From contig JAUCBJ010000668.1 in the NCBI GenBank assembly GCA_032718475.1, positions 62,001-126,000 of the forward strand: DNA of 64,000 nt, given 5' to 3'. Below are positions 58,347 through 64,000 of the stretch, one piece after another; within the stretch, counting starts at the first letter, position 1; each line of letters begins with the position of its first letter. Both the position numbers and the translations under genes were made by a program. The notes under the pieces are model-generated. The model saw nothing but the letters and a program-made list of their open reading frames with translations, was not told where the DNA came from and searched no databases. The DNA is from Nemertoderma westbladi. Lineage: Eukaryota; Animalia; Xenacoelomorpha.

Positions 58347-58378
58347 CTGCAGTTCCATAGTCTGCCGCTAGAGGGCGT
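58347..58378 (+). promoter_or_regulatory. Candidate bipartite CTCF site (upstream motif plus core)
   Basis: CTGCAGTTCC-atagtc-TGCCGCTAGAGGGCGT matches the TGCAGTNCC upstream module and CCASYAGRKGGCR core at canonical spacing (one core mismatch). Confidence 0.5.
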
Positions 58379-58737
58379 ATTATCTGAAAATTAACATCTT
58401 CTCTAACTTTGTTATTTTCAATTTAACTATTTATTTGTACCTAATTTTAATTAATTATTTGTATTCTATTTGACTTTATTTATTCATTTGTACTTTATTT
58501 TAAATTAATTAATTGTATTACTTTTATTTTATACATTGATTTCTATTTTTAGATTAATTAGTTTTTATATTACCAATGAGATCACTATGACATAATGTCT
58601 ATTTTTAGCTCTATGGTTTATAGATCCCTTATCGTTAACTTTATAATCTTTCCTCTCGCGGCCCCTTTGTCTTCGTTATTCAATGGCGCCATTCTGTCTA
58701 CCATTGAATAACATTGGGCAATCATTATCTCGCCTGA

Positions 58738-58925
58738 TGTGACGTCATCAAAGCTGCTCTCTGATTGGTTTAATTATACAGTCTTTTCTCCCTCCTGTTC
58801 CCTGATTGGCTAACCCATTCTAGCCCCCTCTATAATAGCCCCCGTTCACCACATTCCCAATCATTGTCTCTTTGTTTTCCTGAAAAGTTTTAATTATTTT
58901 CGTAAAAGTATTTATTTATTTTTAT
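58738..58925 (+). promoter_or_regulatory. Pol II promoter/leader: CRE (TGACGTCA), two inverted CCAAT boxes, TATAATAG, Inr-like TCATT
   Basis: Motifs occur in canonical order and spacing upstream of the ATG at 58957, and the block is homologous to 62035-62275. Confidence 0.7.
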
Positions 58926-58956
58926 TTCCTAAACGAGTTACCGGTACACAATCACG

Positions 58957-60666
58957 ATGGCACATTCAGAAATCAGCTATTCAAGCAACGATCTGGTTTG
59001 CAACGAAAATCAGTTTATGCTACAAGACAACTCGTTTGGTCTATATTTCGATTCGGCGAACAAACTCTTCCCGTTAACGATAAATACAACCTTAAACCAA
59101 CCCATCCCGATTCCGGCAAACTACGCGCACTTTATTTTCCGCGCCTGCTACGAACTTCACGATGGACAATATCAAACCCTCGACGATAATAAACTTCATT
59201 CCTCCAACCACGGTTTCAAACTTTTAAAAAGGGACAACAAAATCACGTTCAATCTAACTACTTCGCCCGAGACGTTTACGATTCCAACTAGTATAGTCGA
59301 TTTTATTCGAGAAAACATCAACCAAGATGTGGCAAATCGTCTACTGGGTTTAACCACTCTCGTAACCTCCTTCTTCTCCGATGATCGCTTATTTGATTTT
59401 CATAGTATCGCAAACTCGATTCTTCTTCTCATCTGGAACTCGTCGACTCCGACCGAGGAAGAGGAGACTCGTTTCTTTAAACTTTTCGATAAGGATGTTC
59501 TCACTTTCGGCGAGAAATTGAATGAGCTCACATGCTTTTTTGCCAATAAAGTCTCCTATTACTTTGGATTCAATTATAGAGTTGGCACCTATGGAAGTAT
59601 TAACCCACTGAATCCACTCGAGTTAATAAAGCTGGAAGACACTGTAAACAGTTCATGGATCACCTTTTCCGTCGCCTGCGCCAATTTATTTCAACAATAT
59701 GTAAACATCTGTCGCCCTTTTATTAATCCTACTACTCACCTTGTCCTAAAACCGGGCAATTGGGTTGCTTTTGACTATTGCACTTTTGGGTTTGTTACAA
59801 ATATTCGGAACGAACGCAATTTAGCGATCACCAATGGCTACAGGGTTGACGATGGAAAGGCTATTGTTTCTTCTAGGGGCATGATTCTTCTTACACCAAG
59901 CGAGGTCGGCGAATTGAAATGGTTCGTTTCAACCTTCGAGGATAGTGAATGTGTCTGCTACGATGAACTTAACGTATACAAAGACAACATTTCCGAGCGA
60001 ATATCGATACAAAGTTGTATCAGTGATTCAGAAATTGATTTACAGATAATCGAGAGAAAATTTAACGAATCCTTTACTATAGCTAACACGATTCAAGCGC
60101 GCGAGGCTCTAATCAGATTCAAGGCTATGGCTATACAATTTGCTTTCAAACCAAAGCAGATTACGATCCCCAATCACCAGCGCTATCTCATAAATAGCAG
60201 TATCGCAGCCTTTATCTATAAGTTCAAATCCGAAAAATATGTTGGTATCTGGCCCATTTTAATGAAAGACGAAGAGAATACCACTTTTCAGTTCACCAAC
60301 GGTCTCAATATTAGGGGCAGCGATTTTCTCACGATAAATATAACCAACCCACCCAACTCTCACTACTATCTCAGTCCTTACATTCATATCAAGAACAAAC
60401 CAGCAGAAATTATATTCACCAATACGAAAAATACCAACACTATCACCCTATCCAACGACTTTACCATCGCGCGCCTTTTCGAATTACTAAAACGTTCTCT
60501 CAGAGAAGGCATCTTTCTCCCGCAGCAAACACACCTTAATCTATTTCACCTCCCAAGAAAAGGCTATCTCAACAAACTATTAAAGAGAAAATTATCGCAA
60601 CCATTAATAGTATCGGACCCTAAAAGGGTTAAACCAGTTATTCTCGGAGACCAGCAACCCTATTAA
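58957..60666 (+). CDS. Orphan 569-aa protein with possible degenerate PC4-like ssDNA-binding modules and a C-terminal bipartite NLS
   Basis: 1.7-kb uninterrupted ORF in AT-rich DNA with its own promoter; KRK-x10-KRVK at the C-terminus. The PC4 resemblance is by eye only. Confidence 0.75.
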   Translation: MAHSEISYSSNDLVCNENQFMLQDNSFGLYFDSANKLFPLTINTTLNQPIPIPANYAHFIFRACYELHDGQYQTLDDNKLHSSNHGFKLLKRDNKITFNLTTSPETFTIPTSIVDFIRENINQDVANRLLGLTTLVTSFFSDDRLFDFHSIANSILLLIWNSSTPTEEEETRFFKLFDKDVLTFGEKLNELTCFFANKVSYYFGFNYRVGTYGSINPLNPLELIKLEDTVNSSWITFSVACANLFQQYVNICRPFINPTTHLVLKPGNWVAFDYCTFGFVTNIRNERNLAITNGYRVDDGKAIVSSRGMILLTPSEVGELKWFVSTFEDSECVCYDELNVYKDNISERISIQSCISDSEIDLQIIERKFNESFTIANTIQAREALIRFKAMAIQFAFKPKQITIPNHQRYLINSSIAAFIYKFKSEKYVGIWPILMKDEENTTFQFTNGLNIRGSDFLTINITNPPNSHYYLSPYIHIKNKPAEIIFTNTKNTNTITLSNDFTIARLFELLKRSLREGIFLPQQTHLNLFHLPRKGYLNKLLKRKLSQPLIVSDPKRVKPVILGDQQPY

Positions 60667-60984
60667 TATAAACAGTCTCTATTTATTAAAAACTGTTCTG
60701 ATTATATCTTTTGTTAATGTTGATGTTCTATATTATTTATTATTAATGTTGTTGGTAAATTATTTATCCGTTGTTGTTATATTATTTAATATTGTTGTTG
60801 TCGATGAATTATTTATTCTTGTTTCCCCATAATGTTTAAAAAATATACGATGCTTAACCGGCTATTTTTCATTTTTCTCTACTAGTTAATCTATACTATG
60901 AGAGCGAGCCATGAAATAAGTGAGTCTCAGCATAGCATTAATGACCCCTACTGCTTCTTCGTAATCAATTTGAATGTTAACCCC

Positions 60985-61880
60985 TAAGGCATAGACTATG
61001 CCTCACTGGGGCACTGAGGCATAGACTATGACTCACTGAGGCGTAGACTATGCCTCACTGAGGCATAGACTATGCCTCACTGAGGCATAGACTATGCCTC
61101 ACTGAGGCACTGAGGCATAGACTATGCCTCACTGAGGCACAGACTATGCCTCACTGAGGCATTGAGGCATAGACTATGACTCACTGAGGCATAGACTATG
61201 CCTCACTGAGGCACTGAGGCATAGACTATGACTCACCGAGGCATAGACTATGCCTCACTCAGTGCCTCGACTATGCCTCACTGAGGCACTGAGGCATAGA
61301 CTATGACTCACTGAGGCATAGACTATGCCTCACTGAGGCATTGAGGCATAGACTATGACTCACTGAGGCATAGACTATGCCTCACTGAGGCACTGAGGCA
61401 TAGACTATGACTCACCGAGGCATAGACTATGCCTCACTCAGTGCCTCACTGAGGCACTGAGGCATAGACTATGCCTCACTGAGGCACAGACTATGCCTCA
61501 CTGAGGCATTGAGGCATAGACTATGACTCACTGAGGCATAGACTATGCCTCACTGAGGCACTGAGGCATAGACTATGACTCACCGAGGCATAGACTATGC
61601 CTCACTCAGTGCCTCGACTATGCCTCACTGAGGCACTGAGGCATAGACTATGACTCACTGAGGGATAGACTATGCCTCACTGAGGCATTGAGGCATAGAC
61701 TATGACTCACTGAGGCATAGACTATGCCTCACTGAGGCACTGAGGCATAGACTATGACTCACCGAGGCATAGACTATGCCTCACTCAGTGCCTCACTGAG
61801 GCACTGAGGCATAGACTCTGCCTCACTGAGACATAGACTATGCCTCACTGAGGCACTGAGGCATAGTCTATACCTCACTT
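60985..61880. repeat. Palindromic minisatellite (core tgaggcatag-a-ctatgcctca); resumes at 63968-64000
   Basis: Each 22-30 bp unit contains a 10-bp inverted repeat around a single base; higher-order repeats are visible. Confidence 0.93.
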
Positions 61881-62034
61881 CAATATACGAGCACAAAAGA
61901 GTTTACAAGCACAGGTTCAAGTCCAACTACAGCTCTATATATTTTGCATTGAAGTGGAATACGTTAGATGCTGGGGGGAATCTGGTTTGCGAGGGATATT
62001 TGAATGGTGAGTATAACTATCCTTGAGAGTTAGT

Positions 62035-62275
62035 GTGACGTTATCTCACCATGGATGGGCGGGCGCTTTACCCCTGTACTCGCATCTGCTCTCTCATTGG
62101 CTGTTTAACTTTCCTCCCTCGAGTCCTGATTGGCTGCCTAACTCACCCTCGAACTCTGATTGGATAATCCATTATAGCTTCCCTCTATAATAGCCCTCGT
62201 TCAATGCATTCCCAGTCATTCTCTAAGTTTTATTTTAAAAAGTTTTATTTATTTTCATAAAAGTTTTATTTATTT
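62035..62275 (+). promoter_or_regulatory. Second copy of the CCAAT/TATA/Inr promoter
   Basis: ctgattgg.taa.ccatt.tagc..ccctctataatagccc.cgttca...cattccca.tcatt.tct...aaaagtttta.ttattttc.taaaagt is shared with 58801-58920; this copy has three ATTGG boxes. Confidence 0.7.
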
Positions 62276-62332
62276 GAAATTTGTAGAATAATTTAGCTAA
62301 AATTCAATATTTTCAATTGACATTGCTATATA

Positions 62333-63385
62333 ATGCATAGACATGAAACTTGTTTGGTCTGTAATAAAGAAATGAGACAAGACAATTTATCTCGTCATAT
62401 GGAAACACATGGAAAGGAAAAACTAATGGCTCCATCACCAAAAAAATTTAAAAAATCCGAAGATATTTTTAGTGAAGATGAAAAGAAAAAGAGAGATGAG
62501 CGTGATATATTAAATATAAAACAGACAATGGAAAGTAAATTTCATAAAGTTATGAATATTTTGAAAGGGATACAAAAACAGTTACCCCTAGAAAATGAAG
62601 AAAATTTGGGTGAGAAAGATGGAGAAGAAGAGGATGATGAGATGGAGAATGAAAATAGTGAGGGTCAGGATGAAGTTGAAGAGAGTGAAGTTGAGAACGA
62701 TGAAAGTGAAGATCAGGAAGAGGATGAAGAAAGTGAAGTTCAAGAAGTGGGTGAAGATAGCGAAGGTCAGGAAGAGAATGAAGAAAGTGAAGAACAGGAA
62801 GAGGATGAAGAAAGTGAAGAACAGGAAGACGATGAAGAAAGTGAAGGCGGGGAAGAGGATGAAGAAAGTGAAGGTCAGAAAGAGGGTGAAGAAAGTGAAG
62901 ATCAGGAAAGCGGAGAAGAGGATGAAAATGATGATAATGAGGAAATAAAGAGGCAATTACTTGGAAATAAGAATCAATTGCGGAAAATTATTAAACATTT
63001 GAAGGAAAATGAAGAAAATAAAGAGGCGACATTGACCCAAGTCCTAGGAAGTAAAATTAAATTACAGAAATTTATTAAACATTTAGAAGAGAATGATGAA
63101 AATAAAGAAGAGATATTGAGACAAATATTAGGAAACAAAAATCAAATGCGGAAATTTATTAAACAAATGGAAGAAAATGAGGAAAATAGAGAAGAGATAT
63201 TAAGACAGGTTCTGGGAAATAAAAGTAAATTACTGAAAATTAATGAACAATTGAATAAAATTAAGAAACAGTTGGGTAACGAGGAAGATGAAAGTAAAGT
63301 AAATCAACCAGCTTTTACTAATTTTCGAAGACCTATGATAAAAAACTCTCGTTCAGTAAATGCCCGCGCAGGACGACGCTATTGA
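62333..63385 (+). CDS. Orphan 350-aa nuclear-type protein: N-terminal C2H2-like finger, NLS, long acidic tract, four 28-aa coiled-coil repeats
   Basis: CLVC-x11-H-x3-H, PSPKKFKK, a Glu/Asp tract of about 120 aa, and repeats of the form E(D)ENKEEILRQILGNKNQMRKFIKQMEEN. Has its own promoter. Confidence 0.75.
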   Translation: MHRHETCLVCNKEMRQDNLSRHMETHGKEKLMAPSPKKFKKSEDIFSEDEKKKRDERDILNIKQTMESKFHKVMNILKGIQKQLPLENEENLGEKDGEEEDDEMENENSEGQDEVEESEVENDESEDQEEDEESEVQEVGEDSEGQEENEESEEQEEDEESEEQEDDEESEGGEEDEESEGQKEGEESEDQESGEEDENDDNEEIKRQLLGNKNQLRKIIKHLKENEENKEATLTQVLGSKIKLQKFIKHLEENDENKEEILRQILGNKNQMRKFIKQMEENEENREEILRQVLGNKSKLLKINEQLNKIKKQLGNEEDESKVNQPAFTNFRRPMIKNSRSVNARAGRRY

Positions 63386-63412
63386 CATTTGTTTGTTTGA
63401 GTTCCTTTCATA

Positions 63413-63575
63413 ATAGTATTAGGGCTATTTATCCAAAACAATTATATTAGTATTAGGACTATTTATCCATAACAATTATATTAGTATTAGGACTATTTAT
63501 CCATAATAATTATATTAGTATTATAAATGTATTTACCCCACAATATTTATTACTATTAGGTCTATTTATTCAAGA
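63413..63575. repeat. Tandem repeat of about 34 bp, 4-5 degenerate copies
   Basis: Unit tagtattaggactatttatccataacaattatat. Confidence 0.8.
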
Positions 63576-63812
63576 AATTATATGTTTTTATAATATACTT
63601 TGGAAAATTAGTCGACTAAGTCATAATTTTTAAAACTTTAAATACGGGTTGAGTTATTTTATAAAGTTAAGAAGAATGAACCAATAGAGGCAACCTGAAG
63701 TCTAATCTCTTGGCCTTTACTCGTAAGACAACGCATTAACTCCCAAGGTTGCATACTATCACTATAGCTGGGAGAGTCAAAGATAGTGTATACTAGAGTT
63801 AACCAAGAGCTA

Positions 63813-63915
63813 GAAAAAAGAATAATGCGCTTCCAGGGTTCGAACTCACATCCCTCCAATTAGAGAACTAAGCAAATGACCAGCTTGAAGACCTTAGACC
63901 CTTAATCGGAGGCAT
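63813..63915 (-). ncRNA. Degenerate tRNA-Leu-like / SINE-head sequence with Pol III boxes
   Basis: Minus strand GGTCTAAGG ... TCTC..TTGGAGG..GTGAGTTCGAACCC, followed about 15 nt later by TTTTTT. No intact cloverleaf is evident. Confidence 0.4.
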
Positions 63916-64000
63916 CGAGCAGCCAATGAGAGAGCAGATGCGAGTACAGTGGTAAAGCCCATCCATAGTGAGGCATAGTCTATGCCTCAGTGGGGCATAG

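Larger units (their letters stand above)
57696..64000. mobile_element. Putative left end of a large DNA element (Maverick/Polinton-like), continuing past the window
   Basis: AGTAGTAG at 57696-57703 is followed by a 300-bp palindromic block, two intronless orphan genes with a duplicated promoter, and hairpin satellites. No core gene (pPolB, integrase, capsid, ATPase) is visible in the window, so the family is inferred. Confidence 0.45.

Noticed and set aside
60943-60955. gacccctactgct as the right terminus matching AGTAGTAGGGTC at 57696
   Set aside because: Only a short imperfect match with no extended inverted repeat or TSD, and the shared-promoter cassette continues beyond it.
62588-62956. 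122-aa very hydrophobic minus-strand ORF and 117-aa Lys/Arg/Met-rich alternate-frame ORF
   Set aside because: These are shadow frames of the GAA/GAT-rich acidic tract of the 350-aa gene.

Overview
AT-rich animal (probably invertebrate) genomic DNA, not prokaryotic. The backbone is a minus-strand, multi-exon Apaf-1 (apoptosome scaffold) gene. I assembled it by hand from 11 GT-AG, phase-compatible exons (56474 down to the stop at 15775). They encode the end of HD2 and the WD40 region; the CARD/NB-ARC exons must lie beyond the right edge. Four of these exons are absent from the ORF track or not recognisable there. Nested in its introns are DPH5, RBM48, an intronless PARL-like rhomboid that has lost both catalytic residues, an orphan type I membrane protein, an RT-less Ty3/Gypsy element with identical LTRs, LINE remnants, many MITEs, and the left end of a probable Maverick/Polinton-like element carrying two orphan genes with a shared promoter. 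An intronless ATG5 lies downstream. The most striking pattern is that the large tandem arrays in Apaf-1 are amplified copies of its own splice signals. Two arrays (58-bp and 43-bp units) repeat an exon 3' end plus its AG|GTTAGT donor, one (22-bp unit) repeats a CTAAC branch-point-like motif plus U-rich tract just before an acceptor, and one acceptor is triplicated. In both donor arrays, use of any downstream donor introduces an in-frame TAG. At the 43-bp array this would cut Apaf-1 exactly at the HD2/WD40 boundary. All homology calls are by eye from remembered family motifs; no searches were run, and repeat boundaries are approximate unless a TSD or splice site is quoted.
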